DNA from: an uncultured delta proteobacterium
GTDB taxonomy: Bacteria > Desulfobacterota > RBG-13-43-22
Assembly (NCBI GenBank): GCA_963790475.1
Contig: CAWBOS010000013.1
Location: forward strand, 384,001 to 448,000
DNA: 64,000 nucleotides
Reading direction: 5' to 3'
Shown here: piece by piece, positions 18,489-28,065 of the stretch
How positions within the stretch are numbered: position 1 is the stretch's first letter
Layout of the letters: every line of letters starts with the position of its first letter
Notes under the pieces: model-generated
What the model was told of the DNA's origin: nothing
What the model saw: only the letters and a program-made list of their open reading frames with translations
The model's database searches: none
Made by a program: the position numbers and the translations under genes

Positions 18489-19126
18489 ATGGCTTCCAAC
18501 ATCCACTGGCTGGGTCATGACAGCTTCCGGATCGATGGGGACGGGGTGGTGATTTTGTCTGGATCCTTTAATGATCAAGGATGGTCCCAAAGCCGATCCG
18601 ATCCTGATAACCCATGATCATTTTGATCATTGCTCTCCGGCCGACGTGGCCAAGATCCGAAAACCTGAAACCGTTATTGTCACCGTAACCCAGGCCGCTG
18701 CCAAACTCACGGGCCAGATCAAAATTGTAAAACCGGGAGAGGGAATAACTGTTAAGGGAATCTCCATCAAAACTGTGCCGGCCTACAATGTGAATAAGTT
18801 TCGCAGCCCCGGAGTGCCTTTCCATTCCCAAGAATCCGGTTATGTAGGTTTTATCCTGTCGGTTAAAGCCTGAGCATTCACCATGCCGGGGATACGGACT
18901 TCATACCGGGAATGAGAAATGTAAAGTGGACATCGCCCTGCTGCCCGTAAGCGGCACCTATGTCATGGCCGCGGAAGAAGCCTTTGAGGCCGCCCCGGCC
19001 ATAAATCCCAGGCTGGCCATTCCCATGCATGTGGGAGGTCCGGTAGGGTCCTTATCCGCCGCGGGCAATTTCAAAGAAAAGGCTATGGTCCCGGTGCTGG
19101 TGCTGCCTGTAGAAAAAGAACCCTAA
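18489..19126 (+). pseudogene. Metallo-beta-lactamase-fold hydrolase, frameshifted
   Basis: MASNIHWLGHDSFRID, LITHDHFDHCS, VPAYN, HHAGDTD, DIALLPVSGTYVM and AIPMH across several frames; a signal-peptide-like stretch lies upstream in ORF 18317..18520. Confidence 0.8.
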
Positions 19127-19195
19127 CCCGGGCCGCGATCCGTTTTAGTCGTTGCCGAGGGTCATAAATCACCTCGACGGCATCGAACTGATAAT

Positions 19196-20764
19196 TTAAA
19201 AAAAGGGCAACAAACTTTTCCCCCTGAGGGTTTTTATTACTTCCAGGGCTTCTTTTCTACTTTCATATGATCCGGCCTCGACACGATACCAGGTTTGCCG
19301 GCGGGATACTTTTTTGGGCTTAACCGTAATGTTTTTTCTATTTAGGGTGAGTTGGTTTATAAACTGCTGGGCTTCTTCCAAACCGGAAAAAGTGCCCAAA
19401 TAAGCGCTGAAATGCTTATCGGAAACCTGGACAATTAATGTTTCATCATTAAGTTCCGGAAGCTTTATCTGCTGATTGATGAGAACAAGATCGATGTCTT
19501 TTATGGAAGGATTTTGGCTTAGAACTAAATCGATCAAAGATTCATTTAATTTTCCATAATGATTAGTTACGAGTTTGGATAAATAATCCCCTTTTTTCAC
19601 CTGAATGTTGCGGGTCAAATATAACGAAGGTGCCCGAGCTTGAACTTCCGGCGGGTTTTCCTCCCCCTTTTGGGAACGCCCTTTCGGGATTAAATCGATC
19701 CGCCCGGATTTCTTCTGAAATTCTTTTTGAGATTGAGCTTTTTTAAGGGGATCTTCCGCTCGGCTCAACAACGCCCTAATTTCCCCGTACCATCTGAAAC
19801 TTGTCATTTGCTCCTTCAACTCTGGTCGAAACACGAAGATGCCGACTACCAGGATCCAACCGAATAAAACAATCAATCCATCTCTTATAAAAAGACGGTA
19901 GGATAATCTTGGGTAGTTGACATTGCGGGAAGACCTTTTCTTCATTTTAGGTTTATAATCAGGCCCCTCAAGATTTCTGAGGATCTTTTCAATCAAATTG
20001 GCTTCAATTTTTTTGACAGAAGCCTTATGCCCGGCAAAGAGGGCATTATCACAGAGGATGTTGAGCAGCCTGGGAATTCCCTCGGCTTTCTCGACGATCA
20101 GGGACAGGGCTTGAGGAGAAAAAATATAGGCCGAGGACCTTCCGGCCATTCTCAGGCGATGCTCGATATATTCAAAAGATTCTTTCTGGGACAGGGGATT
20201 GACCGTTATCCGCAGCGGGTTAATTTTAGGATGATTTCTTAAAAAAGCGGCCTTAAAAGGTTCTTCGATCTCCGGCTGTCCGACCAGGACAATCTGAAGG
20301 ATTTCGGAAACCCAGGATTGGCTTTCAAGAAGAGAAAAGAGCCCTCTGAGTACCTCCTCGGAGAGTTTCTGGGCTTCATCGATTAGGACGGCCAATAATT
20401 CCCCCCGGCCTTTTAATTTTTCTAAATAGGACAGGAATTTATTCTGAAGTTCATCAATCCCTTCCTTAGGCATCGGTTCTTCCAATTCAGAAATGATCTG
20501 TTCCAGCAATTCCCTCAAATTGTAAGTAGAATGGAATATAAAAGCGGTTTTTACCCTTTGGGGAAGTCTATCTATGAGGCTGTATATTAACATGGTTTTA
20601 CCGGTTCCGACTTCTCCGGTAAGAAGGATCAGTCCTTTTCGATCCGTTATGCCTCTCCCGACGGCCTCAAGGGCTATCCGGTAACCTGGGGTGAGATAAA
20701 GGAACTTGAGGTCCGGTGATAATTCAAAGGGTTTATCGGATAAACCGTAATAAGCTAATGGCAT
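19196..20764 (-). CDS. ExeA-family AAA ATPase with TM segment, LysM and SPOR domains
   Basis: YYGLSDKPF, TGEVGTGKT, LIDEAQ, LVGQPE, GIPRLLNILCDNAL; VKKGDYLSKL...NPSI (LysM-like); WYRVEAGSYES (SPOR-like). Confidence 0.85.
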   Translation of the reverse strand: MPLAYYGLSDKPFELSPDLKFLYLTPGYRIALEAVGRGITDRKGLILLTGEVGTGKTMLIYSLIDRLPQRVKTAFIFHSTYNLRELLEQIISELEEPMPKEGIDELQNKFLSYLEKLKGRGELLAVLIDEAQKLSEEVLRGLFSLLESQSWVSEILQIVLVGQPEIEEPFKAAFLRNHPKINPLRITVNPLSQKESFEYIEHRLRMAGRSSAYIFSPQALSLIVEKAEGIPRLLNILCDNALFAGHKASVKKIEANLIEKILRNLEGPDYKPKMKKRSSRNVNYPRLSYRLFIRDGLIVLFGWILVVGIFVFRPELKEQMTSFRWYGEIRALLSRAEDPLKKAQSQKEFQKKSGRIDLIPKGRSQKGEENPPEVQARAPSLYLTRNIQVKKGDYLSKLVTNHYGKLNESLIDLVLSQNPSIKDIDLVLINQQIKLPELNDETLIVQVSDKHFSAYLGTFSGLEEAQQFINQLTLNRKNITVKPKKVSRRQTWYRVEAGSYESRKEALEVIKTLRGKSLLPFF

Positions 20765-20790
20765 GGGATGTTTTTCCTTTGCTCCCCATA

Positions 20791-22005
20791 TTAATAAATC
20801 ACCTCTTCTTTTTCAAGTTCGCCGATCTCTTCCGGGGACAGGCCAAGCTTGTGAACGAAGACCTCTTCATTGTGCTCCCCCAGAAGCGGAGAATGCCGGT
20901 GTATCCTGGCCGGAGTTTCTGAAAGGTTCCAGGGAGGGGCAATCACCCAGTCCTTTCCGATAAAAGGATGGTCCAACTGGGAATACACTTCCCTCTCCCT
21001 CAAATGAGGATCATGAAAGAGCCCTTCCGAACTTAAGGAGGGGGCGGAAGCCACGCCCACCTTTTGTAATAATTGGGTTACTTCATAATAGTCCTTATCT
21101 TGCGTCCATTGAGTGATAATCTCGTCCAAGCCCTCCTGGTTTTTTAACCTTGCCGTAGGATCGATAAACTTTTCATTCTCAATCAACTCCGCTTTCCCCA
21201 TCACCCGGCAAAGGGCCTGCCATTCGGCATCGGTGGCCACAGCGATGCTGACCCACTTGTCCTCTCCCTGGCAGCGGTAACAATTATGCGGCGCCATCCA
21301 TTCGTCTTTATTCCCCTTGCGACCAGGCACTCTTTGGTTCATAAAATAATCAAGGAGGATATCGCCGGCCAGGACGGCAATCGTTTCCTGAGAGGCCAGA
21401 TCGATATACTGCCCTTCACCGGTCCGGTGCCGATAGATCAAAGCGGTCAGGATGGCAAAGGCCGAGGTAGTTGCGCTTCGAAGATCCATAGAACCCATAA
21501 AGTTGCTGGGCGGCCAGTCTTCATAGCCGGTAATGTGCGAGAAGCCGCCGAGGGCGGCGAAGGTCGGGGCGTAACCCACATACTCCCTCTCCGGTCCCGT
21601 CTGACCGCAGGACGAAGAGGAAATGTAGATCAGGTCAGGCTTTATGGCCATAAGCACATCATAGCCTAACCCGAGCCGGGGGATCACACCCGGCCTCATG
21701 TTCTCCATGACAATATCACTCAATCCGACCAGCCGTTTGGCAAGTTCGACTCCCTTGGACTTGGACAGGTTCAGGGTCACGCTTTTTTTATTCAGATTGA
21801 GATTATTGAAAACAGAGGATTCATTCGGGCCTGAAAATCGCTTGCCGGTGCTGAAGGAAAGGTTTCTGGCGTGGTCTATTCTTTTCCGGCTTTCCACTTT
21901 GATGACTTCCGCCCCGAGAAATCCCAGCAAACAGGTGGCATAGGGTCCAGCCCAGGCCGAGGTGAATTCCGTTACTCGAATTCCGGCTAACGGTCCATGG
22001 TTCAT
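20791..22005 (-). CDS. Family III (CaiB/BaiF) CoA transferase
   Basis: PLAGIRV, AGPYAT, GAEVIKVES, NKKSVTLNL, ENMRPG, SPLLGEHNEEV. Confidence 0.93.
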   Translation of the reverse strand: MNHGPLAGIRVTEFTSAWAGPYATCLLGFLGAEVIKVESRKRIDHARNLSFSTGKRFSGPNESSVFNNLNLNKKSVTLNLSKSKGVELAKRLVGLSDIVMENMRPGVIPRLGLGYDVLMAIKPDLIYISSSSCGQTGPEREYVGYAPTFAALGGFSHITGYEDWPPSNFMGSMDLRSATTSAFAILTALIYRHRTGEGQYIDLASQETIAVLAGDILLDYFMNQRVPGRKGNKDEWMAPHNCYRCQGEDKWVSIAVATDAEWQALCRVMGKAELIENEKFIDPTARLKNQEGLDEIITQWTQDKDYYEVTQLLQKVGVASAPSLSSEGLFHDPHLREREVYSQLDHPFIGKDWVIAPPWNLSETPARIHRHSPLLGEHNEEVFVHKLGLSPEEIGELEKEEVIY

Positions 22006-22109
22006 TAAATACTCCTTTATATATCCCCAAGGAGGGTTTTAATAGGACCAAATGTTTTAAAATATTTAGGTCCCCGGTTTAATAATCGAATGCTTCAACC
22101 CGCAACGGA

Positions 22110-23321
22110 TTAAATAATCCCCTTGTTTTTCAGACTTGCCAGTTCTTCTTGGGAAACTCCCAACCGTCCATAGATCTCCTCATTGTGTTCACCCAACAGC
22201 GGAGCGGCCTGCACCAATTTCCAGGGTGTTTTTGAAAAACGGAATGAGGATGAAGGGAAGGGGATCTTTCCCACTGCCGGGTGCTCCATCTCGACAAAAA
22301 AATTTCTGGCCTTGAATTGTTCGGAATGATAGATATCCGCCACAGTATTGACTGGGGCGATGGGGCAGCTTAAGGCCTGTCCCCGGCGGAAAATCTCTTC
22401 CTTGGTATGGTTCATGGTCCATTCAATGATTCGCTCGTTTATTTTTTCCGCATTCTCAGCTCTGGATAAGGGGTCCCGGCAACAATCCTCTTTGGCCCAC
22501 TGCGGATCTCCGATCAGTTTAACCAGAGAGTTCCATTGATGTTCCTCCGGGGTTACCACAACGATATAGCCGTCCAGGCAGGGCAAGATCCCGCCGGGCA
22601 TCCGCCGGACCTTGTCGCCGCCCCGGGTCAGGACCACCTGGTCATTAGCAAAGGTTACACTTTCGACCCTCTGCATGGACATTAAGGCCTCCTGCTTGGA
22701 CATTTCGATGAATTGACCTTTCCCGGTCAGAATCTTCCAATAATAGGCGGCGGTAACGGCCACCACCGCCACCAGCCCGACATCAAACCCGCTGCTGTTT
22801 CCGCCGACTTTGACCGGCGGACGGTCCATGTCCTCCGCAGGAATGGGCAGCATATATCCTTGCCCGCTGGCGTGAACCGTATTGAGCTGAAAGGCTTTAT
22901 AATCCCTATAAGGGCCGCTTCTCCCATAAGGGGTGATCGAGATCATGATCAGACCGGGATTAACGGTCTTCAGGTTTGCATAATCCAATTCCAGCTCTTC
23001 CATTTCCCCCACGGGCCGGTCGTCAATGAGAACATCCGTTCTTTCAATTAATTTTCTGAAAATCTCTTTTCCTTCAGGCTTTTTAGGGTCCAGCGTAAGA
23101 CCCTTCTTATTACTGTTCAGATAGAGAAACAATCCGCTTTTTTCCTGATGGGGGACATCTCCCGGAAAGGGACCGCGCCTCCTGGAATCATCACCGGTCA
23201 GTGGTGGCTCGACTTTCAGAACATCGGCCCCCATATCGGCCAACAGTTTGGAACAATAAGGTCCGCTGACCATATTGCAATACTCTACGATCTTCATCCC
23301 CTCCAGGGCCCTTGGGGTCAT
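22110..23321 (-). CDS. Family III (CaiB/BaiF) CoA transferase
   Basis: ALEGMKIVE, GPYCSKLLADMGADVLKVEPP, LNSNKK, APLLGEHNEEI; ATG 23321 after AAGGAGA (alternative TTG 23342). Confidence 0.93.
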   Translation of the reverse strand: MTPRALEGMKIVEYCNMVSGPYCSKLLADMGADVLKVEPPLTGDDSRRRGPFPGDVPHQEKSGLFLYLNSNKKGLTLDPKKPEGKEIFRKLIERTDVLIDDRPVGEMEELELDYANLKTVNPGLIMISITPYGRSGPYRDYKAFQLNTVHASGQGYMLPIPAEDMDRPPVKVGGNSSGFDVGLVAVVAVTAAYYWKILTGKGQFIEMSKQEALMSMQRVESVTFANDQVVLTRGGDKVRRMPGGILPCLDGYIVVVTPEEHQWNSLVKLIGDPQWAKEDCCRDPLSRAENAEKINERIIEWTMNHTKEEIFRRGQALSCPIAPVNTVADIYHSEQFKARNFFVEMEHPAVGKIPFPSSSFRFSKTPWKLVQAAPLLGEHNEEIYGRLGVSQEELASLKNKGII

Positions 23322-23359
23322 GGTGTTTTCTCCTTGGTTCAAAATGATTCTTCCTCCAC

Positions 23360-23562
23360 AGGGTCAACCCTAAATGCAGTCAGGTAAGAAATTAGGTGCT
23401 GATCTTAGTCAAAAAGGACTAAAAATGCAACAAACATCATCCTTTTTTTCATTGACTCTCGAGGGTCAACCCTTTACATTAATTTTCTTCCCCGAATGGA
23501 TTTGTTTCCCCCCATTGGCGGCAGAGGAATACTCTTCAATAATATTATAATTATAATATTAT
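23360..23562. promoter_or_regulatory. Divergent control region with repeated and palindromic operator-like sites
   Basis: AGGGTCAACCCT at 23360-23371 and 23462-23473; TTAGTC-N6-GACTAA 23405-23422; TTGACT-17-TACATT 23452-23480; perfect 24-bp AT palindrome 23539-23562. Confidence 0.55.
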
Positions 23563-23578
23563 GATAAGGATTGGTTTT

Positions 23579-25021
23579 ATGTCAAACGAAATGATAAGGG
23601 AATTACATCCTCTGTTTCATCCCAAAAACATCGCCGTGGTCGGCGCATCACCCAAATCCGACCCCCTGATGATGAACCAGGGCAATAACTATATCAAGGG
23701 ATCCATTGAACAGAATTTCTCGGGGAAAATTTTTCCGGTTCATCCCAAGGCTAAAGCCATTCTCGGATTTCCGGCCTATTCCCGCGTAAAAGACATACCC
23801 GATTCGGTGGACCTGGTCATCTTCACCGTTCCGGCTGAGGCGTCCCTGGAGGTTATGGAGGATTGTGTCGCTAAAGGGGTAAAGTTTGTCCATCTCTATA
23901 CCGCCGGCTTCGGCGAATCGGGACGGGAGGCTTTCAAGGAGATGGAAAAAAACTTGATTGAAATGGGCCGGAAGAACGGGATACGAATTGTCGGACCGAA
24001 TTGTATGGGAATTTACTGCCCGGAGGGTGGTTTGGCTTTTCAGCCTTTTTTCCCTACGACACCCGGTCCGATTGGTTTCTTTTCCCAGAGCGGTCAAATG
24101 GCCGGGATGTTTGTCATGAATGCCGCCGCCCAAGGCTTGAGATTCAGCAAGGTCGTCAGTTTTGGAAATGCCAGGGATTTAAAGGCCCATGATTTTCTAA
24201 ACTACCTGGCCCAGGATGAAAAGACAAAAGTCATCGGCTCTTATTTGGAGGGGTTGGAAGACGGCAGGTCCTTTATAGAGGCCGCCAAAAAAGTGACCCG
24301 GGAAAAACCGCTGGTAATCTTTAAAGGGGGGTTGACCGAAGGGGGATCCAGGGCGGCCCTGTCTCATACGGCGGCGATCGCTGGTTCGTCCCGGATCTGG
24401 AGGGCCGTGTGCCGGCAGACCGGGATCGTTTCAGTGACCTCTCTGGCAGAACTGGTTTATACGCTGTCCGCTTTACAGAGGACGCCTCTACCCAAAGGAA
24501 AGAATGTGGTCATCCTCGGCGGGGCCGGAGGGGGAAGCGTCACCATGACCGATCAGGCTGAAGCGGAAGGATTGAAGGTCCCGCAGCTTTCGGACGATAC
24601 CATAAGACAACTGGAGGCCATGGTTCCCCCCCAGGGCACGAGTGTCATAAATCCTCTGGATGTGGGAAGAAAATTTTTTGCCGGAGATAATTTCAATAAA
24701 GTTATGGAGCTGTTGAGAGATGATGCCGACATCGATGCCCTGATTTTCATGCAGCCCATTGCCTTGTTCAGTCGCTTCGGCGGCCGCGCAGGAATAAGTA
24801 TGCTCCTGAGACAGACCATCGCCGGGCAAAATATTTTAAAGAAACCCATGTTTCTTGTTATAGAAAAAGATGACGGGTTCGGCGGTGACCGACTGGTGAA
24901 AGAAGCGATTGAAAAGTATCATGCCGCCAATCTGGCCACCTTTCCCGATTTTCGGTTGGCCGTCAAGATCGCCGGCTATTTGGCAGATTATCAGGCCTTT
25001 TTAGACCGGCAGAAAGAGTAA
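23579..25021 (+). CDS. NDP-forming acyl-CoA synthetase alpha-subunit-like CoA-binding protein
   Basis: PKNIAVVGAS, GPNCMG, SQSG, SFGN, catalytic SHTA; no ATP-grasp domain. Confidence 0.88.
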   Translation: MSNEMIRELHPLFHPKNIAVVGASPKSDPLMMNQGNNYIKGSIEQNFSGKIFPVHPKAKAILGFPAYSRVKDIPDSVDLVIFTVPAEASLEVMEDCVAKGVKFVHLYTAGFGESGREAFKEMEKNLIEMGRKNGIRIVGPNCMGIYCPEGGLAFQPFFPTTPGPIGFFSQSGQMAGMFVMNAAAQGLRFSKVVSFGNARDLKAHDFLNYLAQDEKTKVIGSYLEGLEDGRSFIEAAKKVTREKPLVIFKGGLTEGGSRAALSHTAAIAGSSRIWRAVCRQTGIVSVTSLAELVYTLSALQRTPLPKGKNVVILGGAGGGSVTMTDQAEAEGLKVPQLSDDTIRQLEAMVPPQGTSVINPLDVGRKFFAGDNFNKVMELLRDDADIDALIFMQPIALFSRFGGRAGISMLLRQTIAGQNILKKPMFLVIEKDDGFGGDRLVKEAIEKYHAANLATFPDFRLAVKIAGYLADYQAFLDRQKE

Positions 25022-25077
25022 ACTGAAATATAAGGCTATCTACCTAAAAATCATTCAATTTGTCAATGGAGACGTGT

Positions 25078-26514
25078 ATGTCTTTTCAGGAACTGGAAAC
25101 TATTTTACACCCCCGATCGGTGGCCGTGGTCGGCGCTTCGGCCAATGTCTATTCCTTCGGATACAGCTTTGTTCATCATTTGGTGGAATACGGATTTAAA
25201 GGAGCGATTTATCCGGTCAACCCCAACTACCCCGAAATTCTGGGTTTGAAAACCTACCCCGGCGTGCGGGATATTCCGGCCCCAGTTGATTTTGCCATTT
25301 CCTGCGTCAACGCTTCTCAGGTGACCGCCATGTTGGAAGATCTGGCTGAAAAAGGCGTCAAAGGTGTGCACCTTTATACGGCCCGTTTCAGTGAAACCGG
25401 CCGAAAGGATGCGGCGGAATTGGAACGATCGGTCCTGAAACTGGCCCTGGACAAGGGCATCCGTCTTATCGGTCCCAATTGCATGGGCGTTTATTATCCG
25501 AAAGTAGGACTTTCTTTCGGGTTTAATCTACCCAAAGATTCAGGCCCGGTAGGGATGATTTCCCAATCCGGAGGGGGCGCCTCCGGTTTTGTGCATCTGG
25601 CCTCTTTGCGGGGAATCCGGTTCAGCAAGGTCATCAGCTACGGCAATGGCCTGGATCTGACCGAATGCGATTACCTGGACTATTTTATTCAGGATAAGGA
25701 GACCCAAATCATCCTCCTTTATGTCGAAGGGGTTAAAGATGGTCGGCTTTTTTTTGAAACCTTAAGTCGTGCCTCCAGGGCCAAGCCGGTTATCGTTATG
25801 AAAGGCGGGAGGGGTCAGGCCGGATCCCGGATGACCTTCTCTCACACCGCTTCTCTGGCCGGATCCTTCCCGGTCTGGGAGGCCATGGTCAAGCAGGCCG
25901 GGGGGGTTTCAGTAGACGACTTTGATGAGTTGATTGACCTGACGGTTGCTTTCCGTTTTTTGCCCAAGGTGCCCGGCAAACGGGTCGGGGTGATCGGCGG
26001 TGGCGGCGGTCCCAGCGTCATCGCCGCCGAAGAATGTGAAGAATCCGGATTGGAGGTGATCCCCATCCCGCAGGACATGCGCGAAGAACTCAAAGAACGG
26101 GGAGTCTCCATCTGGGACTGGATCAGCAATCCGGTGGATCTTTCGATTGTCGCCGGTTCGGGAGTTACCGATATCGATATGCTTCACCTCATGGGCCAAC
26201 ACCCGTCCTTCGATATTCTAATGGCTAATAACAACGAATGGGTCATGATGACCCTGGCCTCGGATGAAAGGTTCCTGGGATTGAAAAGCCAGATCAAAAG
26301 CCATATCAACCTGAGGGATACTTATCCTAAGCCCTATGTGGTTATTTTCGGCGAGCGGGGAGTGATTACCCGAGATCAGGATGACTGGCATTGGAAGGTG
26401 ATTGCCGAAGCCCGGGCCGAGCTGATCCAGGCCGGCATGGCCACCTTCCCGACCTTCAGAAGAGCGGCAAAGGCTTTGCGCAAAGTGCAGGAATATTATT
26501 CCGGATTAGAATAA
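25078..26514 (+). CDS. NDP-forming acyl-CoA synthetase alpha-subunit-like CoA-binding protein
   Basis: PRSVAVVGAS, GPNCMG, SQSGG, SYGN, SHTASLAG, NPVD; no ATP-grasp domain. Confidence 0.88.
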   Translation: MSFQELETILHPRSVAVVGASANVYSFGYSFVHHLVEYGFKGAIYPVNPNYPEILGLKTYPGVRDIPAPVDFAISCVNASQVTAMLEDLAEKGVKGVHLYTARFSETGRKDAAELERSVLKLALDKGIRLIGPNCMGVYYPKVGLSFGFNLPKDSGPVGMISQSGGGASGFVHLASLRGIRFSKVISYGNGLDLTECDYLDYFIQDKETQIILLYVEGVKDGRLFFETLSRASRAKPVIVMKGGRGQAGSRMTFSHTASLAGSFPVWEAMVKQAGGVSVDDFDELIDLTVAFRFLPKVPGKRVGVIGGGGGPSVIAAEECEESGLEVIPIPQDMREELKERGVSIWDWISNPVDLSIVAGSGVTDIDMLHLMGQHPSFDILMANNNEWVMMTLASDERFLGLKSQIKSHINLRDTYPKPYVVIFGERGVITRDQDDWHWKVIAEARAELIQAGMATFPTFRRAAKALRKVQEYYSGLE

Positions 26515-26526
26515 GGCTTCTGCGAT

Positions 26527-26991
26527 ATGAATAACCAATTCACCCCAGGACGGTTCGCGGCTGTCTACCTTGCCTTGGTCAGAGAAAATTATGTTTTGCT
26601 TTTAAAAAGACAAAACACCGGTTTTGAGGACGGCAACTTCGGCCTGATTGCCGGACATGTTGAAAAGGATGAATCGATCACTCAGGCCGTCATACGAGAG
26701 GCCAAGGAGGAATCGGGAATCAGTTTGTTGCCCGAACAAATACATTTTTTTCATGTTATGCAGCGCTTTTCCATAAACGACCGGGTTTATCTGGATTTCT
26801 TTTTTTCCGCGGAATCCTGGGAGGGGGAGATCACCAATAAAGAGCCGGAGAAATGCAGCGACTTGACCTGGTTTGCCTTGAATAACCTTCCGGACAATAT
26901 AATTCCCTATATCAAAAATAGCCTGCAAAACTACTTGTTTAAATCAATATATTTCAGCGAAATTGGTCAGCAGGATCATCCTGCAAGATAA
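26527..26991 (+). CDS. NUDIX hydrolase
   Basis: AGHVEKDESITQAVIREAKEESG Nudix box; NKEPEKC. Confidence 0.9.
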   Translation: MNNQFTPGRFAAVYLALVRENYVLLLKRQNTGFEDGNFGLIAGHVEKDESITQAVIREAKEESGISLLPEQIHFFHVMQRFSINDRVYLDFFFSAESWEGEITNKEPEKCSDLTWFALNNLPDNIIPYIKNSLQNYLFKSIYFSEIGQQDHPAR

Positions 26992-27020
26992 ACTCAGAAC
27001 TGCTTGGTGGAGGACCAATC

Positions 27021-27254
27021 ATGATCTTATCCGGCCTGGAAATTGGTTCAAAAATCGGCCAGGAAATAATTATTGATCCCTTTGATCGGGCCAAGGTCAA
27101 TCCGAACAGCTATAACCTATCCCTGCACCAGACGCTGATCACCTTTACCGATTTTCAATCGGATATGAAAAAGGAGAATCCTTACACGGAGATTACCATA
27201 CCCCCAATTGCCCCACCCGATTTTTCTTCTTATTCCTGTCTTTTTCTTGCCTAA
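27021..27254 (+). pseudogene. dcd: dCTP deaminase N-terminal fragment
   Basis: MILSG...IIIDPF...NPNSYNLSL...EITIP, after which similarity is lost; GGAGG RBS; catalytic SS/E region absent. Confidence 0.7.
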
Positions 27255-27401
27255 TACTCTTTCCCTGAAAAGGAAATTCTATCAAACATTTATCCTGCAG
27301 CCAATATTGTGGGAGCGTCAAGAAGGCTTATCGTCGTCCGTGCCACCAAACAAGTGTTCAACCTCACGGTCGGCAAGACGGGGACATACCATCTATTCCG
27401 G

Positions 27402-27548
27402 CTATATCATGGCCAGGAGGATGTAGTCGGTCAGCAAAATCATTGATAGGGTGAGACCCCCCTGAGGCTGAGTATAGGTTCCCGCCGTAGAGACAATGAC
27501 GTCATCCAGGGCAGGAAAGACGAAGATGGCTTGTCCTCCCCAGCATTG
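27402..27548 (-). pseudogene. C-terminal remnant of a beta-lactamase-family serine hydrolase
   Basis: Manual translation: WGGQAIFVFPALDDVIVSTAGTY...DYILLAMI*; typical GxGGQxIxVxPxLDxVxVxT end. Confidence 0.6.
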
Positions 27549-27752
27549 GCCCTGTCATTTAGGGCAGGTTAGGGGATCAATCTCATACATTTTTTCAATC
27601 AATCTGATTCAATTCCGGTTGAATTTTGCATTTTCCTCTGTCTCTATGACACAAGGAATAAGTGCATCTTAATTTCTTTTTGACGAAGGCCCCGGGAAAC
27701 GTTACTATAAAAGCCATAATATCGAACCATCTGCTCGTACCGGTCGGGGGAA
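27549..27752 (-). mobile_element. Relic of an IS91-like (Y2) transposase C-terminus
   Basis: Manual translation: PDRYEQMVRYYGFYSNVSRGLRQKE / DALIPCVIETEE...RN*IRLIEKMYEIDPLTCPK*QG; one frameshift and two stops. Confidence 0.75.
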
Positions 27753-27827
27753 TTTCATCCCTGGGGTTTTCCCTGGAGCATGAGAGCTCCCTACCAATGT
27801 AGGGCATAAATGTTCGAGATTTTTCTG

Positions 27828-27882
27828 TTGAAAAAAAGGTTATCTCGGTTATAGTGGTTACCTATCATTCCATCAGGTGAAA
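27828..27882 (+). promoter_or_regulatory. Promoter and candidate IclR auto-operator
   Basis: TTGAAA-16-TATAGT; TTCCATCAGGTGAAA (27868-27882) resembles the sites at 28949 and 28970. Confidence 0.45.
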
Positions 27883-28065
27883 TCCAGACAAAGATATTTG
27901 AAATTTGGTTTAAACGGGGCTATTTCTATCCCTCGTCCAAAGGTCATTCTGTTTTTTCACTGTTGACGGGGTCATGGGTCAGGGGTCGGCCACGGGAAGA
28001 AACAAGCCCCTCTTAAACCTGATAAAGTGAGAAATCAATGCGCAGACTCCAGTGTTTAAAATCTA

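Noticed and set aside
18860-18900. In-frame TGA as selenocysteine in the MBL hydrolase (selA is in the window)
   Set aside because: The protein continues in a different frame (HHAGDTD), so this is a frameshift and not read-through.
27595-27807. 70-aa minus-strand ORF
   Set aside because: It is an off-frame reading of the transposase relic.
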